DNA from: an uncultured Candidatus Saccharibacteria bacterium
GTDB taxonomy: Bacteria; Patescibacteriota; Andersenbacteria; UBA10190
NCBI GenBank assembly: GCA_964371255.1
Contig: CAYJKV010000002.1
Coordinates: 66,553-130,552 of the forward strand
Direction: 5' to 3'
Length of the DNA: 64,000 bases
Shown here: positions 1 to 8,968 of the stretch, in pieces
Numbering within the stretch: the first letter of the stretch is position 1
Layout: each line of letters opens with the position of its first letter
The notes under the pieces: model-generated
What the model saw: the letters and a program-made list of their open reading frames with translations, nothing else
The model's database searches: none
What the model was told of the DNA's origin: nothing
Position numbers and translations under genes: made by a program

Positions 1-80
1 CTGACGCACATATTACGAAACATCGCTGAGCGAGCTTTCTTTGTCCGCCCTAATGTTTTAAATTTTTTCTTGTGACGCAT
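1..80 (-). CDS. rplQ: 50S ribosomal protein L17, 5' part (runs off the window)
   Basis: Hand translation from ATG at 80: MRHKKKFKTLGRTKKARSAMFRNMCV, the L17 N-terminus. Follows rpoA; SD-like GAGGGGG at 95-89. Not in the ORF track. Confidence 0.95.
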   Translation of the reverse strand, partial: MRHKKKFKTLGRTKKARSAMFRNMCV

Positions 81-99
81 ACTAATATCCCCCTCTGCA

Positions 100-1062
100 T
101 TATTTACTGTCTTCCTCTGAGTGCGTCTTGGCGTACTTATCACGGGCTTCGATAATATCATGCACTGCCTTTTCGCCCAATCCTGGTATGTCTTGAATCT
201 GTTCTTCGGACAGATCAATCACTTGCTCTACCGCCGTTATACCAACTCTCTCCAACGCGTTATGTACGCGTGAAGGTAGCTGCAACAAATTCAATGTATT
301 CTCGGTTTGGGTCATCTCTTCATCTACCTCTGCCTTTTCTTCCACTACTTCTGGGCGCTCGCCGGTCAACTTGTCTTCAAAGTCCCCCGTTAGCTCCTTA
401 AAATGATCGGTGAGAATTGACGCTGCTTGGTTCAATGCTTCTTTCGGTGTAATAGTTCCGTCCGTCTCGATGTGTATGTTGAGCTTATGATAATCAGTAG
501 CCTGTCCCACCCGGACATTCTCCACTTTAAAACTGACCCGGACTACCGGCGTAAAAATAGCATCTAACACGATTGTTCCAATCACTTCCTGCTCTGAGTC
601 TTGCATTTCCAAGGGCTTATAGCCCCGCCCTTGTTCCACTGTGCAGCGCAGCTCTAAACTTGCTTTCTTGTCCGTCAAAGTCGCGATTGGCGTTGCCCCG
701 TTACTAATACTAACCTCTGCTGGTAATTCAAAATCACTCGCGGTAATTTTCTTTTCTCCGTTTACTTTTAACTTAATCACTACCGGTTCAGCGCTGCTTG
801 ATGACAGTCGCACTCTCTTCAGGTTTAACGTTAATCCAATCATGTCCTCTTTCACGCCTGGTAAAGTCGTAAATTCGTGATCAACCCCTTCAATCTTTAC
901 TTTAGTAATCGCCGCCCCGGGGAGGGATGATAACAAAACGCGTCGCAATGCATTACCCACTGTTGGGCCGTAGCCTGGATAATAAGGATAGATGCTGAAA
1001 CTTGCGCTGTTCTTGTCCTCTTCCTCAATGTTTATTTGTTCGGGTAAGTAAATGGGTTCCAT
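100..1062 (-). CDS. rpoA: DNA-directed RNA polymerase subunit alpha
   Basis: GYGPTVGNALRRVLLSSLPG, HEFTTLPGVKED, DAIFTPV, IETDGTITP; alpha-CTD with IPGLGEK. Confidence 0.99.
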   Translation of the reverse strand: MEPIYLPEQINIEEEDKNSASFSIYPYYPGYGPTVGNALRRVLLSSLPGAAITKVKIEGVDHEFTTLPGVKEDMIGLTLNLKRVRLSSSSAEPVVIKLKVNGEKKITASDFELPAEVSISNGATPIATLTDKKASLELRCTVEQGRGYKPLEMQDSEQEVIGTIVLDAIFTPVVRVSFKVENVRVGQATDYHKLNIHIETDGTITPKEALNQAASILTDHFKELTGDFEDKLTGERPEVVEEKAEVDEEMTQTENTLNLLQLPSRVHNALERVGITAVEQVIDLSEEQIQDIPGLGEKAVHDIIEARDKYAKTHSEEDSK

Positions 1063-1085
1063 AATATAAATTAAGATTTAAGCGC

Positions 1086-1613
1086 TTATCTAGACAAAAA
1101 TTCAACAATCTCTTGGATGGCAACACCAATCCCGGTTTGGTCAACCTCGGGTTTGCCCACGACTTTGAAGCCGTAATTTTTTACATCCAGCTCCAGCCAC
1201 TCGGCTAATTGTGTGTTTTGCATCCGTTTATCAAAATTAGTAAAGTATGATTTTTTCCTCTTGCCTTCTTTTACTTGCACTACATCACCCTCGCTTAGCA
1301 AAATTGACGCCACGTTCACCGAACGACCGTTGACACTAAACAGTCCATGACTAGCCATCTGCCTGGCTTGTGCTCGTGTCGTCGCGAACCCGGCGCGATA
1401 AATCGCATTATCCAATCTCCTTTCTAGCCGCTCTATTAAAGCCGGCCCTGTTTCCGCGCTGGATTTCTTGGCAGCTTTATAATAATTTTTGAGCTGGTTT
1501 TCAGCCACCCCGTAAATCTCCTTTAAGTTCTGTTTCTCTTCTAATTGGGCGCCGAAACGGCTCTTTGGTTTCCGCCGGCCTCTTGATTGCTGTTGTTGTG
1601 CTCCTGCTGGCAT
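1086..1613 (-). CDS. rpsD: 30S ribosomal protein S4 (N-terminally shortened, 175 aa)
   Basis: QLEEKQ, LERRLDNAIYRAGFATTRAQARQMASHG, C-terminal IVEFLSR; lies between rpsK and rpoA. Confidence 0.97.
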   Translation of the reverse strand: MPAGAQQQQSRGRRKPKSRFGAQLEEKQNLKEIYGVAENQLKNYYKAAKKSSAETGPALIERLERRLDNAIYRAGFATTRAQARQMASHGLFSVNGRSVNVASILLSEGDVVQVKEGKRKKSYFTNFDKRMQNTQLAEWLELDVKNYGFKVVGKPEVDQTGIGVAIQEIVEFLSR

Positions 1614-1622
1614 AGTCGTAGC

Positions 1623-2018
1623 TTAGACCCGGCGCTTTTTAGGCGCTCGCACACCGTTGTGTGGAATCGGTGTCAGGTCTTTAATTAATGTCAAAGTTAA
1701 ACCGGCCACATTCAAGGAACGAATGGCTGCCTCGCGTGCGCTGCCAATTCCTTTTACAAAAACACATGCTTCCTGTACGTTAAAAGGCTTTAATTTTTCC
1801 ATGACATCAGCCACCGCTTGTTGGGCGGCGTATGGCGTTGCTTTCCTTGTGCCGCTAAAACCAACGTGCCCCGCGCTGCTCTGGGCCAGCACATTACCCT
1901 GCGTATCTGTGGCTGATATCAAGGTGTTATTATAACTGGACTTAATATAAATCCTCGCCTGCTTTACAGTTGCTGGCTTTTTGCTCTTCTTGTTAGTTTT
2001 TCCCTTTGTTTCACCCAT
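1623..2018 (-). CDS. rpsK: 30S ribosomal protein S11
   Basis: SSYNNTLI, GFSGTRKATPYAAQ, DLTPIPHNGVRAPKKRRV. Confidence 0.99.
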   Translation of the reverse strand: MGETKGKTNKKSKKPATVKQARIYIKSSYNNTLISATDTQGNVLAQSSAGHVGFSGTRKATPYAAQQAVADVMEKLKPFNVQEACVFVKGIGSAREAAIRSLNVAGLTLTLIKDLTPIPHNGVRAPKKRRV

Positions 2019-2057
2019 ATATGAATCGTAATTGCTTTTAAAATCTGCAGTATCAGG

Positions 2058-2450
2058 CTATGTCTTTTCCGCCGAAGCCTTACGTCCGCTGCCGGCTGTC
2101 TTTCTGACATTACCTCGCACCGTCCGAGAATTTGTTTTTGTCCGCTGGCCGCGCACTGGCAGGTTCTTGCTGTGTCTGGTACCGCGATAAGTGCCGACGT
2201 CTTTCTGGTGTTTGATATTTTGCATGACGCTGCGGCGCAAGTCTCCTTCCACTTGGATGTTTTCTTCAATGTAGTCGCGCAGCTTTTTTTCTTCTTCCGG
2301 GCCTAGCTCCTTAGTTTTCAATCCCTCATTAATTTTTAATTGCCCCAAAATTCGGCCGCTCAGAGATCGCCCAATCCCATAAATACTCATCAAACTGATG
2401 ACAATCTGTTTGTTGTCTGGTAGGTTAACTCCGCTAATACGAATTGGCAT
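2058..2450 (-). CDS. rpsM: 30S ribosomal protein S13
   Basis: RISGVNLP, IYGIG, VEGDLRR, YRGTRH..LPVRGQRTKTNSRT. Confidence 0.99.
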   Translation of the reverse strand: MPIRISGVNLPDNKQIVISLMSIYGIGRSLSGRILGQLKINEGLKTKELGPEEEKKLRDYIEENIQVEGDLRRSVMQNIKHQKDVGTYRGTRHSKNLPVRGQRTKTNSRTVRGNVRKTAGSGRKASAEKT

Positions 2451-2471
2451 ATATATAAATCAAATATCAAA

Positions 2472-2585
2472 TTATCCTTGTCTTTGCTTGTGCCGCGGAT
2501 TTTCACACAACACTCGCACTCTCCCTTTGCGTCTTACCACAGTGCACTTGGCACATATTTTTTTTACCGAAGATCTCACTTTCAT
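2472..2585 (-). CDS. rpmJ: 50S ribosomal protein L36 (Zn-binding form)
   Basis: Hand translation: [37 protein letters not shown] (37 aa); below the ORF-track size cutoff. Confidence 0.98.
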   Translation of the reverse strand: MKVRSSVKKICAKCTVVRRKGRVRVLCENPRHKQRQG

Positions 2586-2587
2586 AT

Positions 2588-2806
2588 TTATTCCATTCTT
2601 TGCACTATTCGTCCTTTGGTCAAGTCGTAGGGGGACATTTCCACCCGGACCCTGTCTCCCGGTAAGATCCGTATGCGATGAACCCGCATTCTGCCGCTTA
2701 AGTGGGCCATGATCTCCTGACCGCTATCCAGCGTGACTTGGAACTGCGTGTTCGGCAGGCTCTTTTCTACATCCCCTTCGACGGTGACAGTATCTTGCTT
2801 AGACAA
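2588..2806 (-). CDS. infA: Translation initiation factor IF-1
   Basis: [52 protein letters not shown] start at 2806 gives the usual 72 aa; the track extends it to 2854. Confidence 0.97.
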   Translation of the reverse strand: MSKQDTVTVEGDVEKSLPNTQFQVTLDSGQEIMAHLSGRMRVHRIRILPGDRVRVEMSPYDLTKGRIVQRME

Positions 2807-2910
2807 ATTACTATAATTAAAAATTATCCCTCGCTCCATAAAACTTGGGACCATCAGCTGCTTTGTTATGGTGCACCTGCTTACCCAAAGTCCTGGCGTG
2901 CGATTTCCAT

Positions 2911-2939
2911 AGCTTAGTTAAACACACCTCTTTTGTCAA
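2911..2939 (-). promoter_or_regulatory. sigma70-type promoter of the infA-rpoA operon
   Basis: TTGACA (2939-2934), 17 nt spacer, TAAGCT (2916-2911). Confidence 0.75.
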
Positions 2940-3161
2940 ATATCTTTTTCCCGCCGCCGGTGCCATTTCCGCCTACTGAGGCCGCCCGGGGCCTATTCGT
3001 TCTTGGCCACCAACTGCCCAAAACCCTCGGTCGGTCAATTTCTATGCTGCCAAAAGCTCACGCTCCGAATTTTCGTCAACCAGCCCGCTGGCTTGAATTT
3101 CCGGCCATCGCCTTCACGATTTATTTCTGATTTCCCTCGCGCCCGACTTCGCACTTTATTC

Positions 3162-4601
3162 CTATATTTTCTTTTCTGACTCCAACTGAATATCCACCCG
3201 TCTTTCTATACGCGGTATTGATTTTACCCAAAAAGGCCAAAGTTTAATCTCCGTTGATCTAACTCCAGGCAGCCCTTCCAAATATTCACGAGCCTCTGTC
3301 ATTGAGCGGCCGGCTAGTTTTTGCCGCAACGTCTCCACCGCCAAGTTAGGCACGGTACTATGTGTGACTCGGACGGCAACGGTCGCCTGTGCCTCGTCCC
3401 AGTTTATGTCTTTAACACTAACAGTGAAAGAAATCGGCCCAGGAAACAGCATATAGTCCTTGTCTAACCGTCCCTCCAGTTTTTCCTTCATCCTCATTTC
3501 AAATAGCGCCTTTTCAAACCCAATCACCCGGACGACTATTTGTCCTTGGTAATCCATCGCCGGCACCTTATCCCCTTCTTGGCTGGTGCTGGTAAAATTC
3601 ACGACTTCCGTATTCCAACTTTCCTCCAATAATTCCCATCCTTCTGGTAACTCGTCCTTGATTTGCTGGGTCGCTTGTTGCCGGGCCTGATTCCCAGCTT
3701 CCTTGCTGGCCGCTGCCAGATCTTCTTTCCCTACCACCGCCACCGCTTCCCCACTTCCGCCGCTAAACGATTGCTTAGCTTCCGCCCAGACCACTTGTTG
3801 TGATGCTTCATCAAACGCCACGAAGTCAAGGCGCTGTCCCTCAATATTCCCCTCTTCCCCTTCCTCGGCAGCCAGCACTTCCACCGGGACTCGCCCGTTC
3901 GGTGGCACCATGGCATGCTTTTGCATATAAAACAGCCGGCCATCCTTAGTCTCCAGACGGCTTTGTTCCTTGATCTTTTGCTCGGTACCCGTGTTGTTCA
4001 CGATATCCACAACGCCGCTGCTTTTGCTGCCGATAATCTCACGATTTTGTACTTGCCAATTCCCCCGCACAGCAATTTCCCGATAAAAACTAGTCCCTGG
4101 AATGATTTGGTCGTTATTGTTGGCTTGGCCGATCAATACTTCCTCGTCAGCCAGCAAAGGTGCCGTTCTTAATTTAAGATCGATCGCCGCGGTCGGTAGA
4201 AAAATAATACTGGAGATCAAACCGGCAATCATTACTAAACCAATCAATCCCAACATAATCTTTCGCTCGGACTGTCCCATCCACACCCGCTGTTTCTTTG
4301 CCAAAGGTGCCGCGGCGAATAATGGTCGTCTTTCGGCTTGTGTCGCTTCCTCGGTTACTGTGCTAGGTTGGGCTAATTCCTCGGTCCTGATTTTTGCTAA
4401 AGGTACGCTTTTGCCGCTCAAGTCCATTGTCTTTTTATTTGGCGCACCGTCAGGGCCAACTCTACTGGCCGACTGCTTCAGCTTATCCTTGCTCGCCTGG
4501 CTGGCCTCAAATAATTCAATTTCTTCAACTTTGCCAATATCCAACGGCGGCAACCCGGTCTCGTTCTTATTGTCGCTGTTGCGCTTTATATCTCGCATCA
4601 T
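3162..4601 (-). CDS. Single-pass membrane protein with baseplate-J-like domain (CPR-type)
   Basis: Charged N-terminal tail and one TM (IMLGLIGLVMIAGLISSIIFLP). SGVVDIVN..LETKDGRLFY..VPVEVLAAEEGEEGNI..FSGGS fits the Baseplate_J pattern. C-terminal LPGVRSTEIKLWPFWVKSIP. Confidence 0.7.
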   Translation of the reverse strand: MMRDIKRNSDNKNETGLPPLDIGKVEEIELFEASQASKDKLKQSASRVGPDGAPNKKTMDLSGKSVPLAKIRTEELAQPSTVTEEATQAERRPLFAAAPLAKKQRVWMGQSERKIMLGLIGLVMIAGLISSIIFLPTAAIDLKLRTAPLLADEEVLIGQANNNDQIIPGTSFYREIAVRGNWQVQNREIIGSKSSGVVDIVNNTGTEQKIKEQSRLETKDGRLFYMQKHAMVPPNGRVPVEVLAAEEGEEGNIEGQRLDFVAFDEASQQVVWAEAKQSFSGGSGEAVAVVGKEDLAAASKEAGNQARQQATQQIKDELPEGWELLEESWNTEVVNFTSTSQEGDKVPAMDYQGQIVVRVIGFEKALFEMRMKEKLEGRLDKDYMLFPGPISFTVSVKDINWDEAQATVAVRVTHSTVPNLAVETLRQKLAGRSMTEAREYLEGLPGVRSTEIKLWPFWVKSIPRIERRVDIQLESEKKI

Positions 4602-4610
4602 ATTTTAATA

Positions 4611-4640
4611 ATTATATTATCTCTTCACATCCTATCTCAA
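4611..4640 (-). promoter_or_regulatory. sigma70-type promoter for the baseplate-J-like gene
   Basis: TTGAGA (4640-4635), 18 nt spacer, TATAAT (4616-4611), 9 nt before the ATG. Confidence 0.6.
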
Positions 4641-4700
4641 ATTGCCCCATCAATCACATACTTATGTCCGCGTCGTTTGTTTTAGCTTGTGTAGACTCAT

Positions 4701-6479
4701 TTATTCCAGGATAGCTTTAATCCGTCTGATGCCGGCTGCCGCTGCTTCTTCTTTTATGATCCTAAACTTCCCTAGCTCGCTGGTGTTACCGGCGTGGGGA
4801 CCGCCGCATATTTCCAGGGACACGTCACCTATTTTATAGACGCTTACATTTTTCTCGTATTTTTCTTTGAACAATCCCACCGCGCCCATAACTTTAGCCT
4901 GCTCTAAGGTTGTTTCTATCCGCTCGACCTTGATCTGATCGGCTATCGCTTGATTGATAAACTCCTCAATTCGCCTAATCTCGTCCGCATTTAATTTACG
5001 ATCGAAATTAAAATCAAAACGCAATCGCTCCGCTGTAATGTTACTGCCTTTTTGATTTATGTCTTGGCCCAGCAGTGTATGCAGCGCTGCATGCAGCAGG
5101 TGTGTCGCTGTGTGGTATTTTCTTGATTGCCGACTCTCATCGGTGAGTCCCCCTTTGAATTTATTGCTTGATCCGGCCCGGGACTTAGCTTGGTGTTCAG
5201 CGAATTGCCGTTGAAAGTCTTCGAGGTCCACTCCTTTGCCCACTTCACTTGCCAGTTCAGCGGTTAACTCCACTGGAAAACCGAAACTTTGTAATAGCAA
5301 CAAGGCGTCATTGCCGCTGATTTTATTCGGGCTTATTTTTTCAATTTCCTCGAACTTCTTCATTCCCCTGTTCAATGATCTCGCAAACTTAATAATTTCC
5401 TGTTCGACCGCAGCTTGCGCGGCCGGTAAATTGCTTCTCATTTGCGGGTAAACTGATTCGTACTCGTGCACCACTTTTCCCATACCTGTCACAAATAGAC
5501 TCGTTAAATCCTGCCCGCCCAGGCTTTGCGCCGTGACTACAGTCCGTCTAATCAAGCGCCGCAGCACGTACCCTTGCTCCGTATTGCTGGGAATAACATG
5601 GTTTTCATCAGTCATCACAAATGTCACCGCTTTTAGATGGTCAGCCATTATTCTTAATTTTTTTTCGTTCACCGCCGACCCTTGCCAATACTCGTCGCGT
5701 AACCACTTCATCAAGGGTCGGTATGTATCGATCTCATAAATACTATTAAAACCGCCCAGTGCCATCGCCGTCCGCTCCAATCCCATGCCGGTATCAACAT
5801 TCTTCTGCTGCAGTGGTGCTAACTTTCCCCCATTGCTCCGCGTATATTCCATAAAAACGTCATTCCATATTTCCACCCATTGCTTGTTGTTCGGGTCGAA
5901 CTGCTGGGGTGCGGCTGCTGTTCCCGTCCAATAAAACATTTCCGTATCGGGTCCCTGCGGACCACTTTCTTTGCCTCCCGCCGGCCACCAATTCTCCTCA
6001 CTATTCAAAAAAGCGATCCGTTCCTTAGGTAAGCCGACCTCTTCCCATTTCTTCGCCACTCTCTCATCTCGCGGTGCGTTCTCATCGCCGGCAAATACAC
6101 TTACCGCCAGCCTCTTGGGATCGATGCCCAGCCATTGATCGTCGGTTAAAAATTCCCAGCTTAATTTAATCGCTTCATCCTTGCCATAATCACCCAGCGA
6201 CCAATTACCCAGCATTTCAAACACCGTCGCGTGCGTCTCATCTCCCACCTCATCGATGTCGGTCGTTCGCAAGCATAGCTGGACATCTGTTAACCGACGG
6301 CCCTGGGGGTGTGTTTGGCCCTGCAAGTAGGGCACTAGCGGATGCATTCCGGCGGTCGTAAACAAAACAGACGGATCATTTTCCGGAAGCAAAGAACTGC
6401 CGGCAATCCGCTGATGACCGTGCTTTTCGAAAAATTCCTGATATTTCTCCCGCAGCTCTTGACTGCTTATTTCAATCAT
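4701..6479 (-). CDS. alaS: Alanine--tRNA ligase, short form lacking the C-Ala domain
   Basis: LFTTAGMHPL, FEMLGNWSLGDY, EIWNDVF, VDTGMGLER, GYVLRRLIRR; editing HTATHLLH and EICGGPH; ends right after GIRRIKA. Start set at ATG 6479 (track: 6521). Confidence 0.97.
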   Translation of the reverse strand: MIEISSQELREKYQEFFEKHGHQRIAGSSLLPENDPSVLFTTAGMHPLVPYLQGQTHPQGRRLTDVQLCLRTTDIDEVGDETHATVFEMLGNWSLGDYGKDEAIKLSWEFLTDDQWLGIDPKRLAVSVFAGDENAPRDERVAKKWEEVGLPKERIAFLNSEENWWPAGGKESGPQGPDTEMFYWTGTAAAPQQFDPNNKQWVEIWNDVFMEYTRSNGGKLAPLQQKNVDTGMGLERTAMALGGFNSIYEIDTYRPLMKWLRDEYWQGSAVNEKKLRIMADHLKAVTFVMTDENHVIPSNTEQGYVLRRLIRRTVVTAQSLGGQDLTSLFVTGMGKVVHEYESVYPQMRSNLPAAQAAVEQEIIKFARSLNRGMKKFEEIEKISPNKISGNDALLLLQSFGFPVELTAELASEVGKGVDLEDFQRQFAEHQAKSRAGSSNKFKGGLTDESRQSRKYHTATHLLHAALHTLLGQDINQKGSNITAERLRFDFNFDRKLNADEIRRIEEFINQAIADQIKVERIETTLEQAKVMGAVGLFKEKYEKNVSVYKIGDVSLEICGGPHAGNTSELGKFRIIKEEAAAAGIRRIKAILE

Positions 6480-6528
6480 AAACTTATCCTGCCACTGACT
6501 TATGGCGGCCGCAACCCTCACTCAGAGC

Positions 6529-7218
6529 TTAAAAGTATTTTCTTTCCTTTGACTTAAATACGATCTCGACCGCCTCAGCAGCGTTGTTCACTATGTTGTA
6601 CAAACCCAATTCGCTTTTATCAATGGTCTTATATTCTTGCACTAACACCTGTCTGATCCAACTGTCTAGCCCTTCCCAGTAATCATGCCCGACACAAATA
6701 ATCGGCACCGCTTCCATTTTTTGGGTTTGCACCAGGGTCACCATTTCAAAAAATTCGTCTAGTGTGCCGTATCCTCCGGGGAAAAAAATGTAAGCCTGGG
6801 CCGAGGCTGACAGCATAACTTTGCGTGTGAAAAAATAATGGAAGCCTATACCTTGCTGAACGTATTTATTCCGGCGTTGTGCGCTTGGCAGTTCAATATC
6901 AAGCCCCACAGATTGACCGCCCCCTTCTACTGCTCCTCGATTAGCCGCTTCCATTATGCCTGGCCCTCCGCCGGTAATAATCGTATAACCTTGTTCTCCC
7001 AGCATTTTCCCCATCATTCTCGCTTCTTCATACCAGGTTGAGCCAGGTTCCAATTGGGCCGATCCAAAAACTGTCACTTCCCGCCGCAGTGGATAAAGAA
7101 ACTCAAATCCATCCACAAACTCAGCCATAATGCGGAAGATTCGCCAATTCGCATCCTCCGCAAAATCAAAGGGCTTATCAATGGGGACTTTTTGCTTCAG
7201 CTTGGCAGTATCCTTCAT
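6529..7218 (-). CDS. LOG-family (TIGR00730-like) nucleotide phosphoribohydrolase
   Basis: VTVFGSA, ITGGGPGIMEAANRGA, FFTRKVML, PGGYGTLDE. Confidence 0.93.
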   Translation of the reverse strand: MKDTAKLKQKVPIDKPFDFAEDANWRIFRIMAEFVDGFEFLYPLRREVTVFGSAQLEPGSTWYEEARMMGKMLGEQGYTIITGGGPGIMEAANRGAVEGGGQSVGLDIELPSAQRRNKYVQQGIGFHYFFTRKVMLSASAQAYIFFPGGYGTLDEFFEMVTLVQTQKMEAVPIICVGHDYWEGLDSWIRQVLVQEYKTIDKSELGLYNIVNNAAEAVEIVFKSKERKYF

Positions 7219-7225
7219 AGGTTAA

Positions 7226-7234
7226 ATTATACCA
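7226..7234 (-). promoter_or_regulatory. Extended -10 promoter (probably leaderless LOG mRNA)
   Basis: TGGTATAAT, 7 nt upstream of ATG 7218. Confidence 0.65.
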
Positions 7235-7258
7235 GTCTTCTCCTAATTCGAAACATGA

Positions 7259-8938
7259 TTACCTGATAGACGGTGGTCGCGGCCCCCCGCTAAATTTCTG
7301 CTTATTAGTGGCAGCCATATTTATTTTTCCGCCACCCTGCAATTTTCTGCTCTCCTCCTGCCTCTCCGTCTTAAGTTTCTCGTAACACTCCCGGCAATAA
7401 ACCGGCTGTCCCGCCTTGGGCTCAAACGGCACGTCCGTATCTCGTCCACAACGATCGCATTTCACATGCACTAATCTCGGTTTTAATAAACTGGCCAGAT
7501 CGGTGATTTCCTCTGTGCTTTTTTCTACCCGCATCTCCTGTAATACTTTTTCCGCCTGGCTGGGTGCCGGCAACATCGGCTTATCTTCCCGCCGCGACTG
7601 TGTTTGCCTGCCTCGTGGTTGATTACCGGCTGTGCGATGGTCGGCCGCAGCATTGAAAACAACTCCGCTCCATCGTGCGATCTTATCCTCCACGATCGCC
7701 CGCGGTCGTCCGTACCGTTCCCGGGAGACGTTTATTACAGTTTCCTTCTTATCAAATCCTTCTCGACTGGGCGCAACAGTTTGCATGCTGAAAGCCTTAC
7801 TCGTGACGCCGTCAATCATTAACTTGATATAGGCATTGTACTTATCCAAGTTGACCAAATCGGTTTCCATGAATGTTGGCGCGAATTCTTTCTCCAAGAA
7901 CTCCGCGTCAGCCGCGCCTACCCTGAAACAAACTATCGTACCGGCGTTGCCAAAAACTGCGCCGCGTACCATTTCATCCTCCATCTGTTCAATATACTGG
8001 TGGGCCATTGTCAGATTTAACCGGTATTTACGCGCCTCCGATAAAATGCTGGCAAATGATTCGGTAGCAAAATTTTGGAACTCATCGACATACAAATAAA
8101 AATCCTTCCGCTGCGCTTCCGGTATTTTAGCCCGGTCCATGGCGGCTAATTGCAGGCGCGTTATGAGCATGGCTCCTAATAATGATGAATTATCTTCTCC
8201 GATCCTTCCCTTACTGGCATTGATCAGCAATATCTTTTGGTTATCCATCACATCTGTCATATCGATCGTGCTTTTGGGTTGAGCGACAATATTGCGGATA
8301 ATCGACGACGTTAAAAATTGCCCCACCTTATTCTGGATCGGTGAAATCGCTTCCGCTCTAAACCGTTCATTGTAATTGGAAAATTCGTTGAGCCAAAAAG
8401 ATTTGACGACCGGATCTTGAATCTTTTCCACGACTTTTTTACGGTATTGATTATCCCCTAACATCCGCAAAATTCCCAGCATAGTGCTCGCGGGATAATC
8501 CAGCAGAGCTAAAATCGTATTTCTTAAAATGTATTCCAGCCGCGGCCCCCAGGAGTCTGCCCAGATTTTCTTCAATGATCCAATTAAACCAGACGAAACT
8601 AAGTATTTATATTGCGGATCAACCGCCTCCAGTACGTTGAAACCGACCGGATATTCCACGTCCGATGGATCAAAATAAATCACGTCGTTGATTCGTTCCG
8701 GCGGGATGAAATCAAGTAAGCCCTCAGCCATATCCCCGTGTGGATCAACTAAGGCCACGCCTTTACCCCGCATAATATCCTGTTTGATCATCCCTTCCAT
8801 TAACGTTGTTTTTCCAACACCCGTTTTCCCAATGATGTATACATGCCGTCGTCGGTCATCGCTATAAATCCCAAACTGCCGTTCCTGTCCCCGGAACTTG
8901 GTCACCCCCATTACGGTTATGTCGCTGTCGTCTGCCAT
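7259..8938 (-). CDS. VirD4/TraD (T4CP)-like FtsK-HerA superfamily ATPase with C-terminal CxxC-x17-CxxC Zn ribbon
   Basis: Walker A GKTGVGKT, DPHGD, Walker B LYVDEFQN, SEARKY, AHQY; CDRC-GRDTDVPFEPKAGQPVY(17)-CREC. Confidence 0.88.
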   Translation of the reverse strand: MADDSDITVMGVTKFRGQERQFGIYSDDRRRHVYIIGKTGVGKTTLMEGMIKQDIMRGKGVALVDPHGDMAEGLLDFIPPERINDVIYFDPSDVEYPVGFNVLEAVDPQYKYLVSSGLIGSLKKIWADSWGPRLEYILRNTILALLDYPASTMLGILRMLGDNQYRKKVVEKIQDPVVKSFWLNEFSNYNERFRAEAISPIQNKVGQFLTSSIIRNIVAQPKSTIDMTDVMDNQKILLINASKGRIGEDNSSLLGAMLITRLQLAAMDRAKIPEAQRKDFYLYVDEFQNFATESFASILSEARKYRLNLTMAHQYIEQMEDEMVRGAVFGNAGTIVCFRVGAADAEFLEKEFAPTFMETDLVNLDKYNAYIKLMIDGVTSKAFSMQTVAPSREGFDKKETVINVSRERYGRPRAIVEDKIARWSGVVFNAAADHRTAGNQPRGRQTQSRREDKPMLPAPSQAEKVLQEMRVEKSTEEITDLASLLKPRLVHVKCDRCGRDTDVPFEPKAGQPVYCRECYEKLKTERQEESRKLQGGGKINMAATNKQKFSGGPRPPSIR

Positions 8939-8968
8939 AGAATTATTTGCAATTAAAGGTCGTCAATA

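Noticed and set aside
2855-2885. SRP (4.5S) RNA call for the infA leader
   Set aside because: CAGG and AGCAG are present but the spacing is wrong and there is no GNRA tetraloop; kept only as an unassigned structured leader
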